From Candidatus Marinacidobacterium sp. (GTDB lineage: Bacteria; Acidobacteriota; Vicinamibacteria; Marinacidobacterales; Marinacidobacteraceae): a DNA stretch of 64,000 nt. Shown here one piece after another: positions 55,978 through 64,000 of the stretch. A program made the position numbers and the translations under genes. Under the pieces are notes generated by a model. The model saw only the letters and a list, made by a program, of their open reading frames with translations. It searched no databases and was not told the DNA's origin. The stretch covers positions 2,616,582-2,680,581 of the forward strand of contig CBDHFO010000017.1 of NCBI GenBank assembly GCA_965262645.1. The letters are read 5' to 3'. The stretch's first letter is position 1. The number at the start of each line of letters is the position of its first letter.

Positions 55978-57603
55978 TCAGGTCGTGCCCTTACGCCGTT
56001 TGCGAACGCCCGCGCGCTTGGGAGTCCGATTGCGAATGAAGCCGAAACTCGCCTCCACGGTCATGAGCCGCATGTGTTTCATGACCCGCATCAGACTGAT
56101 GCGAGAGAACAGCGGTAAGTTGTCGGACTTGAACCGCTTGTCCTTGTGAGTCACGATGCCAAAGACCACGCGCCAACGCTGTTGCAAAAATGGGCCAGTA
56201 AATCGCGATTCCTCTTGTGGAGCTGCTTTCGCTGTAAGCAAAGCCTGCATTCTTTGTGTGGCGAGAGGTTCCATCCTTAGCAACTCAATCGAGCCTGCGC
56301 CCTGATTGAACAAGTGACTGAGCTGAGACGAGAAGGTAGATATCTTTATGTGGTAAAAGATGGCTGTCGCATCGCGAACCGTGTATAGATCACAGGGCTC
56401 AACCTGAGACTGACCGGCAGGTGCAATATTGGTTCTATCTAGGCACAATACCGTGGACGATGCCTGCGCCGTGCTGGTGTTGTAGTCCGCTTCGTTAACG
56501 TGTGTATAGTCGGGTAATGGTATGTTGCAACATAGTGGGTCCAAAAAGCCCTTGAGCCTTTGAATGTAGTTCTCGTCGACTGAGTACCATTCCCCTTCAT
56601 TCAGGTGATAGCTCCGTCCTGACTGGCTAAGCTGGGTGTCGAAAACGAGGCACTTAAAAACTTGGTACGACCTATAGATAACCCCGGAGGCATCGGTGAG
56701 GAGCAGTCGGTGTTTCTTGAGATGGTCGATCGTCAAGGTGTGGCGAAGGATTGCGTGTGATTTCAGATATTCATGGTACTTGTCGAGAAACACGTCGTCG
56801 TAGATCAAGCTCGATCCGGCGCCAGAAAATCGTGCACTGGTGACATTCATGTTGTCGACAATCGCGGGAATCGCCAAGTAAACGTTCTCGGTGTGCTCCC
56901 TGAGGTTGGACACGAGTCGGATGTTGAGCTGCCTGATGACCTCGGGGTCACGGACTGGAGTTATGCTCCCGAGGTCGGGAAATGTCTCGAGGTAAGTTGT
57001 TCGCTCGTAGAGGTCCAGGAGACGCGCACAGAGTTCGGCCCAACCAGTTGGGTCACAGACGATACTGATGCGTAGACTCGAGGAACCCGTGGCATGTCTG
57101 AACAGGTGAGAGTGTTGGTCGCTGGTGTAGCCGGTGAGCTGTTTCAGGATGGCCGTGTCACGATCGAAATCGAATGCCGTGAGGTCCGAAAAGTTGGGGA
57201 TTTGTGTGCGACGTCGGCGCGCGGCACCTGGCTCCAGGAGGTCGGTGCTCCGGAGCTTCTTCGGGTCGACGCTGTTTAGCGTGACCCGCAGTCCAAAATC
57301 GTGTTCGTAGCTCTCATCATTCAGATAGTGGTGGACGTGGCCGAAAGAGAGAGCAAATGTGCGTCGACCGACAGGGAGAAAAATCAGTGCTCCCTTATGT
57401 ACTTGATGGAGCGCCTCTTGGATGCCGAAGCAGTCTTTCCACCACGGTTCCTTGGGGGGAGCGTCAAGGAGGAACAGTGACGCGTTCGCAGGAAGCGTCG
57501 ACCCGTGGCTGGGGGTCAGACGCTGCTTTGGATCCGCGAGCGCGGTCGTGGGATCAAAGTGTGGTTTAAGGAGGAAGATGGAGAAGGGATGGCTCTTTGA
57601 CAT
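55978..57603 (-). CDS. TIGR04141/DUF6119-like sporadically distributed protein
   Basis: MSKSHPFSIFLLK..., FALSFGHVHHYL, DFGLRVTLNSVDPKKLRS, NEGEWYSV, EPCDLYT...FYHIKISTFSSQLSHLFNQGAGSIELL. Confidence 0.6.
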   Translation of the reverse strand: MSKSHPFSIFLLKPHFDPTTALADPKQRLTPSHGSTLPANASLFLLDAPPKEPWWKDCFGIQEALHQVHKGALIFLPVGRRTFALSFGHVHHYLNDESYEHDFGLRVTLNSVDPKKLRSTDLLEPGAARRRRTQIPNFSDLTAFDFDRDTAILKQLTGYTSDQHSHLFRHATGSSSLRISIVCDPTGWAELCARLLDLYERTTYLETFPDLGSITPVRDPEVIRQLNIRLVSNLREHTENVYLAIPAIVDNMNVTSARFSGAGSSLIYDDVFLDKYHEYLKSHAILRHTLTIDHLKKHRLLLTDASGVIYRSYQVFKCLVFDTQLSQSGRSYHLNEGEWYSVDENYIQRLKGFLDPLCCNIPLPDYTHVNEADYNTSTAQASSTVLCLDRTNIAPAGQSQVEPCDLYTVRDATAIFYHIKISTFSSQLSHLFNQGAGSIELLRMEPLATQRMQALLTAKAAPQEESRFTGPFLQQRWRVVFGIVTHKDKRFKSDNLPLFSRISLMRVMKHMRLMTVEASFGFIRNRTPKRAGVRKRRKGTT

Positions 57604-57820
57604 GGTGATCGGGGCTATATGGGTGAGGTGGGGCCGCACGGTATTTTGGCGTAGGGAGCGGACCGGGGGAGTTGTGGGCGCTATGGCTGGAGTGAGTGGC
57701 GGATGCCGGGCCGTCGGGTGGTGGACCGGTATCCCGTGCTGAGGGGCGAAGAGCCACTAACGGGACCAAAGGCGGCCTGTCGGGTTGCTTCAAAGTCACC
57801 TTGTCGCGTTCGACATGGGT

Positions 57821-57884
57821 CGGCATCGCGATTTCGCCCGCCGACGGCGGGCGATGCCGACCTGGAGGTCGGCGGTCCCTTGCC
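57821..57884 (-). repeat. double-hairpin REP-like module, subfamily 2 (reverse orientation)
   Basis: The reverse complement reads GGCAAGGGACCGCCGACCTCCAGGTCGGCATC-GCCCGCCGTCGGCGGGC-GAAATCGCGATGCCG. Confidence 0.5.
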
Positions 57885-57924
57885 TTCCGTCCGCCGACCT
57901 CAGGCCACGATCAGTGGACGGAAG

Positions 57925-58040
57925 GCCTTCGGCCCGTGCTCGCTCCACGTACTCCGCCGTGTTGTAGAGGTGGGGCGAGAGGCGGAATCCCCCGGAGCTT
58001 GAGCCCGCGATGCCGTGATGGTCGTTCATCCGGGAAAAGA
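57925..58040 (-). pseudogene. C-terminal remnant of a class V aminotransferase-like gene
   Basis: GIAGSSSGGFRLSPHLYNTAEYVERA resembles the RxSxHxYNTxEE tail of this fold (compare the gene at 10065-11276). Confidence 0.35.
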
Positions 58041-58042
58041 CT

Positions 58043-58237
58043 TCGCGGCTCTCGGGGAAGATGAAGGTGCCCGGCCGCGCCTGGCTCCAGTTCGAGGGTG
58101 AGCCGGCGGGGGACGGCCGCCGGATCACCCAGGCGGCGGTCTTCGACCCCCTCGGGTTGGGAGGGCTCCTCTACTGATATGGGCTCTACCCGATCCACTG
58201 GCTGATCTTCCGGCGGATGCTGCGGGATGTGGCCGCA
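58043..58237 (+). pseudogene. DUF2867 fragment F4 (uninterrupted reference for the F1/F2 junction, contains an in-frame stop)
   Basis: EMKVPGRAWLQFEGEPAGDGRRITQAAVFDPLGLGGLLY*YGLYPIHWLIFRRMLRD. Confidence 0.6.
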
Positions 58238-60127
58238 GGACCCGTCCCGTGTAACAGTCCGGAAATGCCCAGCTCCGTCCCGAACCCGCTCCCGTGCCTT
58301 CTCGCCGTAGCCCTGGTCGCCGCGGGCGCGGCCGGCGCCGGCGCCGGCCAGGAAACCCGGGAGCCCCGGATCGTGGTGGATCCCGACTACCTCGTCAGCC
58401 GGGATGGCGACCGGCCTCACGTCGAGATCATGGCGGCCGCGAACCCGCGCAATCCACGCAACCTGCTGGCCGGCGCCATCACCTTCACCCGTCCCGACGG
58501 CGGGGCCGCCACCAAGGCCTACGTCAGCTTCGACGGCGGCGTTCAGTGGGACGACGTCACCTTCCCGGAGCAGAAGGAGACGGGTGGGGGCGATCCCCAG
58601 GTGGCGTTCACCGCGGCCGGCACGGCGATCTTCGCCACCCTCGCCACCCGGGCGGATGAGACCGGCCGCACGCGGGCGTTCCTTCACACCTACCGGTCCG
58701 AAGACGGAGGACGGACCTGGTCGGCTCCCTACGACCTCGGGGCCTCGTACGACCACCCCATGCTGGCGGCCGATCAGACGACGGGGCGCTTTGCCGGACG
58801 GTTGTACATGAGTGTCCTCTACGGCCGCGAATACAGCCTCGGCGTCTTCCGCTCGGAAGACGACGGCAGAAGCTGGATCGGCCCGGTGAAGTTCCTGGAC
58901 GGCGCCGGTGAGCGAGGGCTCAACGTGGACCCCACGGTGGTGTTTCACGACGGGGCCGTCATGGTTCCCTTCGTGGATTTCCCGTCCACCCCCGAACAGA
59001 CCGCCAACTGGACCGAATCGCGACTCTGGACGGTGGTTTCGACCGACGGTGGAGTGACGTTCTCCGAGCCGAAGCCGGGCCCGGTGAAGATGACGGGCGA
59101 GGAGACGCGCCTGGCGAGGGAGGGGACACCGCGTTTTCGGGGCGGCTCCTGGACCATGCTCGCGGCGGACCGCAGCGAGCGTTTCCGGGATCGCGCCTAC
59201 GCGGTCTGGCCCGACTACTCGAAGGGGCTTCCGCGCATCGTGATTTCCTGGTCCGGCGACCGCGGTTCCACCTGGAGCGACCCCGGGCCAGTGGCGTCCC
59301 CGGGGGGTCCGGATGTCCAGCAGTTCCAGCCCGCGGTCGCCGTCAACCGGGACGGCGTGCTGGGGGTAAGTTGGTACGACACGCGGCAGGCTCCGTCGCG
59401 GTTCGCCTTCCACCAGTACTTCGCGGCTTCCTTCGACGGCGGCGAGACGTTCACCTCACCAATCCAGGTTTCGGGAGCGCTCTCCGAGCCCTTGGGGTCC
59501 GGCAATCTGGTGCCCACCCCGGTGACCTTCAGCGGAACGGAAGGAGAACTGCGGGTCGCACTGATCTCCGCGGCTTCGCGCTGGGTGAATGGTGGCGACT
59601 ACATGGGTCTTACCACGTCGTCCGACGGGCACTTCCACCCGGTCTGGGCCGACGCGCGGTCGGGCGCCTATCAGGTGTACACGGCGGCGGTACGGATCGT
59701 GGACGGACCGCCCGCGCCGCCGGCGACGGCCGGGGAACCGGTGGACATCACCGGGCGGATCGAACTCGTGAACGACCCCGGAAGCTATGACGCCGAGACC
59801 GGGGTGGCCGACCTCTGGATCCGGCTACGGAATGTGTCGGCCACTCCCGTCGCGGGACCGATCGAGGTGGAGATCCGTAAGTTCGGGAGCGGCATGGGAG
59901 ACATGTTTTCGGAACTCGCCCCGGAGGTCCTCAACGCAGATAACGGACGGCGCGGAAACGGCGCCGTCTTCCGCTACGACGAAGTGCTCGGCAGCGATGG
60001 CGTCCTCCCTCCCGGCGGCGTCAGCGGCGCGGTCCTCTGGCGTCTCAAGCTCGCGGAGCCGGTCCGCATTCCCAATCTGCACCTCTACATCACCGGCCGC
60101 GAGGTGGTCGCGGAGGCGCGGTAGCGT
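58144..60127 (+). repeat. about 2-kb direct repeat, copy B
   Basis: See copy A (45873-47850). Identity ends right after the stop codon in both copies. Confidence 0.9.
58265..60124 (+). CDS. secreted BNR/Asp-box propeller (exo-alpha-sialidase-like), copy 2
   Basis: About 98% identical to copy 1 at the protein level, with the same Asp boxes. Confidence 0.75.
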   Translation: MPSSVPNPLPCLLAVALVAAGAAGAGAGQETREPRIVVDPDYLVSRDGDRPHVEIMAAANPRNPRNLLAGAITFTRPDGGAATKAYVSFDGGVQWDDVTFPEQKETGGGDPQVAFTAAGTAIFATLATRADETGRTRAFLHTYRSEDGGRTWSAPYDLGASYDHPMLAADQTTGRFAGRLYMSVLYGREYSLGVFRSEDDGRSWIGPVKFLDGAGERGLNVDPTVVFHDGAVMVPFVDFPSTPEQTANWTESRLWTVVSTDGGVTFSEPKPGPVKMTGEETRLAREGTPRFRGGSWTMLAADRSERFRDRAYAVWPDYSKGLPRIVISWSGDRGSTWSDPGPVASPGGPDVQQFQPAVAVNRDGVLGVSWYDTRQAPSRFAFHQYFAASFDGGETFTSPIQVSGALSEPLGSGNLVPTPVTFSGTEGELRVALISAASRWVNGGDYMGLTTSSDGHFHPVWADARSGAYQVYTAAVRIVDGPPAPPATAGEPVDITGRIELVNDPGSYDAETGVADLWIRLRNVSATPVAGPIEVEIRKFGSGMGDMFSELAPEVLNADNGRRGNGAVFRYDEVLGSDGVLPPGGVSGAVLWRLKLAEPVRIPNLHLYITGREVVAEAR

Positions 60128-60221
60128 TTCTCTCCACCGGTAGCGGTGGTCATCTGGCCCGAGACGTCTTCCAGTGGATGCTCAGGGGAATCGGCGCTCG
60201 GAGGCAGCGAGAAGGGCAGCG

Positions 60222-60719
60222 TCAGAACGCGAAGCCCATGACATAGAGGGCAAGGCCGGTCGCGCAGGTGAGGCACAGACCGAGGAATGTCAGTTGCCCC
60301 CACCCCCGGTGATGGCGACTGAAGGTCCCGGGAAGAACAAAGGTATAGCGCCTCCAGGACACGGTCACCAGGATTCCCCACAGCAGGAATGTCGGGATGG
60401 CGATCGCCAGATGGACTCCGAAGAGACGACTCATGGCCGGCGTTCCGTAGAACTCGCTCGACAGGAGTCCCTTCGCGCTGCCGAGCTGGAGACTGGTTTC
60501 GAGAAGTACCACGGCGCCAAAACCCAACAAGAGTCCGACCAACTGAAGATTGCGGTGTTTCAGATACTCCCTGCCTGCCGCGAACGTCATCGCGTACCCC
60601 ATCAAGATCGGCGTCGCGGTCAGAACCACCAGGGAGACGTCAATCAAGCTGTCGGCTCGCGTTCCCAAAAAGCCCGTTGAGTCAAGCACCGCTATCTGCC
60701 TCCCCGAGTTCCCCGCCAA
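60222..60719 (-). CDS. small integral membrane protein (DUF420-like?)
   Basis: 165 aa with four predicted TM helices. The family assignment is tentative. Confidence 0.5.
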   Translation of the reverse strand: MAGNSGRQIAVLDSTGFLGTRADSLIDVSLVVLTATPILMGYAMTFAAGREYLKHRNLQLVGLLLGFGAVVLLETSLQLGSAKGLLSSEFYGTPAMSRLFGVHLAIAIPTFLLWGILVTVSWRRYTFVLPGTFSRHHRGWGQLTFLGLCLTCATGLALYVMGFAF

Positions 60720-60811
60720 GTCCTACCGGCGTGGAGTCCACCGCTCCCAGCTCTCAGGACTGACCCGACCCTCTCGGCCTCCATCAATGGTATTGCACAA
60801 AACAGATCCTG

Positions 60812-61261
60812 GTGCAGGCTGAACCCGCCCGTGCTTTCGCGCCCGTTCAGCGGATCGGGGGACGGCAGGGTTGGTATTTCGCCACCTGGCTCTGGTACCT
60901 ACGGGGCTTCCTCGATCTTCTCGTGGGCGGGGTCGGGACGCAGCGGGGGCGCCGGCACCCGGTGGAGCTGAGGGCAGGGGACCCACCCGACTGCTGGCGG
61001 GTGAAGGCGCGGGAGGGAAATCGCCTCTTGCGGCTCTGCGGGGAGATGAAGGCCCGGCCGGGCGTGGCTCCAGTTCGAGGTGGAGCCGGCGGAGGGCGGC
61101 AGCCGGATCCCCAGACCGCCGTTTTCGATCCGCTCGGGTTGGGAAGACTCCTCTACTGGTACGGGCTCTACCCGGTCCACTGGCTGATCTTCCGGCGGAT
61201 GCTGCGGGGACTAGCTGCGCGTCCGGAGGGTCGGAAGACTACGGCGCCGGTTGAGCGATGA
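60812..61261 (+). pseudogene. DUF2867 fragment F5 with compensating frameshifts
   Basis: Covers FAPVQRIGGRQGWYFATWLWYLRGFLDLLVGGVG...FDPLGLGRLLYWYGLYPVHWLIFRRML. Relative to F1 it lacks 2 nt at GAAGG^CCCGG and 1 nt near GGATCCCCAG, so about 25 codons are read out of frame. Confidence 0.55.
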
Positions 61262-61692
61262 CGAGATCAATTCCGAGCGCTACGCGCGCGATCTCTTGAG
61301 AAAACAGGAGGTCCTCGACGACTTCCCACTCTGACCGACTTCGGTCCCGACCATCTGGCACCATGGCTCGTGTTTCGCGAATTCTTTTCCGTATTGCGGG
61401 CTCTGCATCTTGGAAGCGTGGTGGTAGGAATCGCAAGACATTTGACCGGATGCTCTCGGCGGCCTTTGCCAGGGTCCGATAGCGAGGCTCATCGAAGCCG
61501 CGAGACACCCTCTCGACAATCTCCCCGAACCGGAAGGCCGGAATCTCCATTGGTTCGCACAGGAACCACCCATAGCTGAGGTCACCGCGATAGGCGATGA
61601 CGTGCTGTTTGTCATCTGGCAAGGGCCGGATGTCTTGAGGTGAGAAGAAGATCGTTCTCTTGTGCACCTCTGCCCTGGTGTAAGCGGCGTTA

Positions 61693-63210
61693 ACAGCCTG
61701 TGGTGAAACTCTGTCGGGCGGAATTGAGTCGAACCGCGGGACTTCGTAGAATTTCCGCATGGCTATGGGACGCCGCGGCACGCGGCAGCAAGCGTTGTGG
61801 ATCGCTACCGAGGCGTTGCCGCGGAGCAAGGGGGATCCGTTCTACGAGCGTTTGAACGAGATTTTGGGAGGGGGCGGTTTTGACGAGTTCGTGGAGAAGC
61901 GTTGCGAGCGTCACTACGCGCGGGACGGTCGTCCTGGGCTTGCGCCGGGGAGGTATTTCCGTTGTCTGTTGGTCGGGTATTTCGAGGGTCTGGACTCGGA
62001 ACGGTTGATTGCGTGGCGGGTGAATGACTCGCGCAGCCTGCTGCGGTTTTTGGGATACGGGCCGGCGGACAGCGGTCCGGATCATTCGACGATTTCGCGG
62101 ACGCGTCGTCGGGTGAGTGAGGAGACGCACGCGGAGGTGTTCGGCTGGGTTGTGGAACGGGTGAGAGGAGCGGGCCTTTTGCGAGGGGAAGCGCTTGGCG
62201 TGGACACGACGACCCTGATGGCGAACGCTTCGATGCGGAAGATCGTCCGTCGGGACAGCGGCGAGGGATACCGGGAGTATGTGAGGACGTTGATGAAGGA
62301 GTCGGGGATCGAGGCTCCGACAGTTGAAGAGGTGGCGCGCTACGACCGCAAACGCCGGAAGAAGCTGTCGAACCGCGAGTGGGCGCATCCGGTTGATGCG
62401 GAGGCTTGCATCGGTCGGCTGAAGGATGGTCGGACGCGGATGGCGTACAAGGCGGAGCACGCGGTGGATCTGGAGAGCGGAGCGATAGCGGCGGTCACGG
62501 TCCAACCAGGGAGCCGGGGGGACACGGAGACGCTGCCGCAGACACTGGACGAAGCGGAGCGCCATCTCGGGAGCGGTGACGCGGGGGCCCGGGAGCCGGC
62601 GCCGACGGAGGGTCGCCGGAAGGGGGAGAAGCCTCGGTCGCTGGTGTGTGACAAGGGGTATCACAGCGATGCGGTAATCGAGCAAGCGCGGGAGCGCGGC
62701 TACCGTTCGTACATCGCGGAGCCCACGCGCGGGCGCCGGCGCTGGCGGGGTCGGGAGTCCCTGCGACGCGCCGTCTACGGGAACCGTCGGCGGGTTCGCG
62801 GGAATCGCGGCGCCCGGTTGCGGAGACGGCGCCACGAACTGACGGAGCGTTCGTTCGCGCACTGCTACGAGACCGGGGGGATGCGCAGGGTGTGGTTGCG
62901 GGGAAGCGGGAACATTCGAAAACGCTTGCTGATCCATATCTCTGCCTTCAATCTGTCGCTGCTCATGCGGCAACTGACGGGGATCGGAAAGCCAAAGAGC
63001 CTGCAGAACCGGGATATGGATGGGGTGCGGCGTCTCTTGCGGCCCGGCGGGGCCTTCCTGGACGCCATCCTGGGCATGTGGGACCGTTGTTCGGCGGCGT
63101 TACTCGTCTTTCGAGCGCACCCACGGTCCCGGCCGTGTCGCCACACGTGGAAACGGCCGCCGCTTCTCCATGCCAGAGAAGCCCCCGGAGCCCTTTCCAC
63201 CACAGGCTGT
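61693..63210 (+). mobile_element. IS5/IS1182-superfamily insertion sequence, candidate autonomous partner of the MITEs
   Basis: Terminal inverted repeats ACAGCCTGTGGTGAAAC ... TTCCACCACAGGCTGT, with TA at 61691-92 and 63211-12. 1518 bp. Confidence 0.85.
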
Positions 63211-63213
63211 TAA
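61759..63213 (+). CDS. DDE transposase (InsH-N/DUF772 N-terminus, IS5/IS1182-like)
   Basis: GRPGLAPGRYFRCLLVGYFEGLDSERLIAWRVNDSRSLLRFLGY, CDKGYHSD, ERSFAHCYETGGMRRVWLRGSGNIRKRLLIHISAFNLSLLMR. The stop TAA lies outside the element (TA target plus A). Confidence 0.85.
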   Translation: MAMGRRGTRQQALWIATEALPRSKGDPFYERLNEILGGGGFDEFVEKRCERHYARDGRPGLAPGRYFRCLLVGYFEGLDSERLIAWRVNDSRSLLRFLGYGPADSGPDHSTISRTRRRVSEETHAEVFGWVVERVRGAGLLRGEALGVDTTTLMANASMRKIVRRDSGEGYREYVRTLMKESGIEAPTVEEVARYDRKRRKKLSNREWAHPVDAEACIGRLKDGRTRMAYKAEHAVDLESGAIAAVTVQPGSRGDTETLPQTLDEAERHLGSGDAGAREPAPTEGRRKGEKPRSLVCDKGYHSDAVIEQARERGYRSYIAEPTRGRRRWRGRESLRRAVYGNRRRVRGNRGARLRRRRHELTERSFAHCYETGGMRRVWLRGSGNIRKRLLIHISAFNLSLLMRQLTGIGKPKSLQNRDMDGVRRLLRPGGAFLDAILGMWDRCSAALLVFRAHPRSRPCRHTWKRPPLLHAREAPGALSTTGC

Positions 63214-63628
63214 AGCAACACACGTTTTCCATCAATGGTGCGGCGTAGTAGACAGATCTCGGCGATGTTGACTCCAAATTGATCAACAGCTGGTGTTGGC
63301 GGGAATGATGTCTCCTCATCAAGGACATGCGGAAGAAATTCGTTCTGATTCCGCGTAGCGACAGCGCGGCGATCTCTCGTGCGGTGTCCCGGGTCAGAAT
63401 CTCTGGCAGCTTGTACTGAAAGTAGAGCGGTTGGCTAGGCAGGTCGATCCGGACGTCATACCCGAGCCTGCCTTCCTGTACTAGGTTGGGAAAAACCGGC
63501 GCGCCGGAGGGAGATATCGGTGTGGAACGAATCAGATTCTCGGTAAAGGCGTAGCCGAAGGAGAATTCTGTGTAGCCGAGCTTCATGCCAGATCAATTCG
63601 TGCTTCGGCCATGCCTTGACTCGCCGAA

Positions 63629-64000
63629 TCAGGGGCGGAGCGCTCCGACCGGGACTACCGTCACGCCATCGGGACGCTCGTAACCGTACCCCGTTCCGGT
63701 CACCACGACCAGCTTCGGCGGGTGGCCGACCCGATCTGTATCCACTCGATCCCGCAGCCGTAGAAGGTTCCGGGCCGCCTGATCGATTTTGGCGGCCCCG
63801 CCGAGCTTTATCTCGATTGGCATCCACCCGCCTTGGGCAGTCTCGAGGATCACATCCACTTCGAGGCCGGTGTTGTCGCGATAGTGGCTCAGTTCGGCAT
63901 CGTGCGCCTGCGCGTAAACCCGCAGATCCCGAACAACCAACGCTTCGAACACGAAGCCGAGGTAGAGGAGGTCGCGAAGGAGCTCTTCGGGTGAGGCGCC
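63629..64000 (-). CDS. DUF4143-type AAA+ ATPase, C-terminal part (gene runs off the window)
   Basis: FEALVVRDLRVYAQ...SHYRDNTGLEVDVILE...MPIEIKLGG is the DUF4143 restriction-endonuclease-like tail. Confidence 0.65.
   Translation of the reverse strand, partial: GASPEELLRDLLYLGFVFEALVVRDLRVYAQAHDAELSHYRDNTGLEVDVILETAQGGWMPIEIKLGGAAKIDQAARNLLRLRDRVDTDRVGHPPKLVVVTGTGYGYERPDGVTVVPVGALRP

Larger units (their letters stand above)
61239..63586 (-). pseudogene. about 275-codon hypothetical gene interrupted by the IS at 61693-63210
   Basis: ...SVYYAAPLMENVCCF | NAAYTRAEVHKRTIFF... joins in frame when the IS plus one TA is removed. The N-terminus carries GYDVRID...LYFQYK (possibly PD-(D/E)xK-like). 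Confidence 0.7.

Noticed and set aside
1-64000. tRNA, rRNA or tmRNA genes as island attachment sites
   Set aside because: I found no T-loop/acceptor-like GGTTCGA(A/T)TCC contexts or rRNA-like stretches on either strand. This was an eye scan only, and tRNAscan or Infernal would settle it.

Overview
This is a GC-rich (by eye about two-thirds G+C) bacterial chromosomal window with no rRNA, tRNA or CRISPR array that I could find. All family names come from motif recognition by eye, with no database search, so remote assignments need HMM or structure confirmation. Positions 1-42 kb are mostly ordinary genes. They include an alpha/beta hydrolase, an MscS channel, an NCS2 permease, vapBC, a BNR/sortilin-like protein, an amidohydrolase, a class V aminotransferase, and an ECF sigma/anti-sigma pair. 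They also include two paralogous EEP-family genes, a translationally coupled PDZ-hydrolase / beta-lactamase-DdpX fusion / HEAT trio, an SSF symporter, ampG, a TonB-dependent receptor, and cobO plus a btuDFC-like ABC importer. This part is peppered with mobile DNA: an IS630 element and a roughly 180-240 bp MITE family (4-5 copies) with a TA target. The MITE terminal inverted repeats match a full-length IS5/IS1182-type element at 61.7-63.2 kb. One MITE pair splits an AbiEii-like toxin gene, and removing both copies restores the reading frame exactly. Positions 42.3-64 kb are a mosaic, partly lower-GC accessory region. It holds an IetAS-like AAA ATPase/S8 protease pair, an Apea-like HEPN protein, a TIGR04141/DUF6119-like protein, a C5-methyltransferase relic and an IS256. 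A DUF4917 (SIR2-like) gene sits on a clean 1.4-kb insertion, and five fragments of a DUF2867 gene are scattered through the region. Two about 98% identical 2-kb direct repeats (sialidase-like genes) bracket about 10 kb of the island. The best candidates for something undescribed are as follows. (1) A translationally coupled two-gene cassette at 32.97-36.8 kb, wedged between the TonB receptor and the cobO/ABC cluster; it encodes an HTH protein with a PLD/MIT_C-like 'HDR' C-terminus and a 714-aa helical partner. (2) A 5.6 x 142-bp tandem array at 40.45-41.25 kb carrying twenty RAGGA 9-mers and a double hairpin. (3) The same double hairpin dispersed elsewhere in the window with compensatory stem changes. 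(4) The co-oriented DUF6119 / HEPN module.
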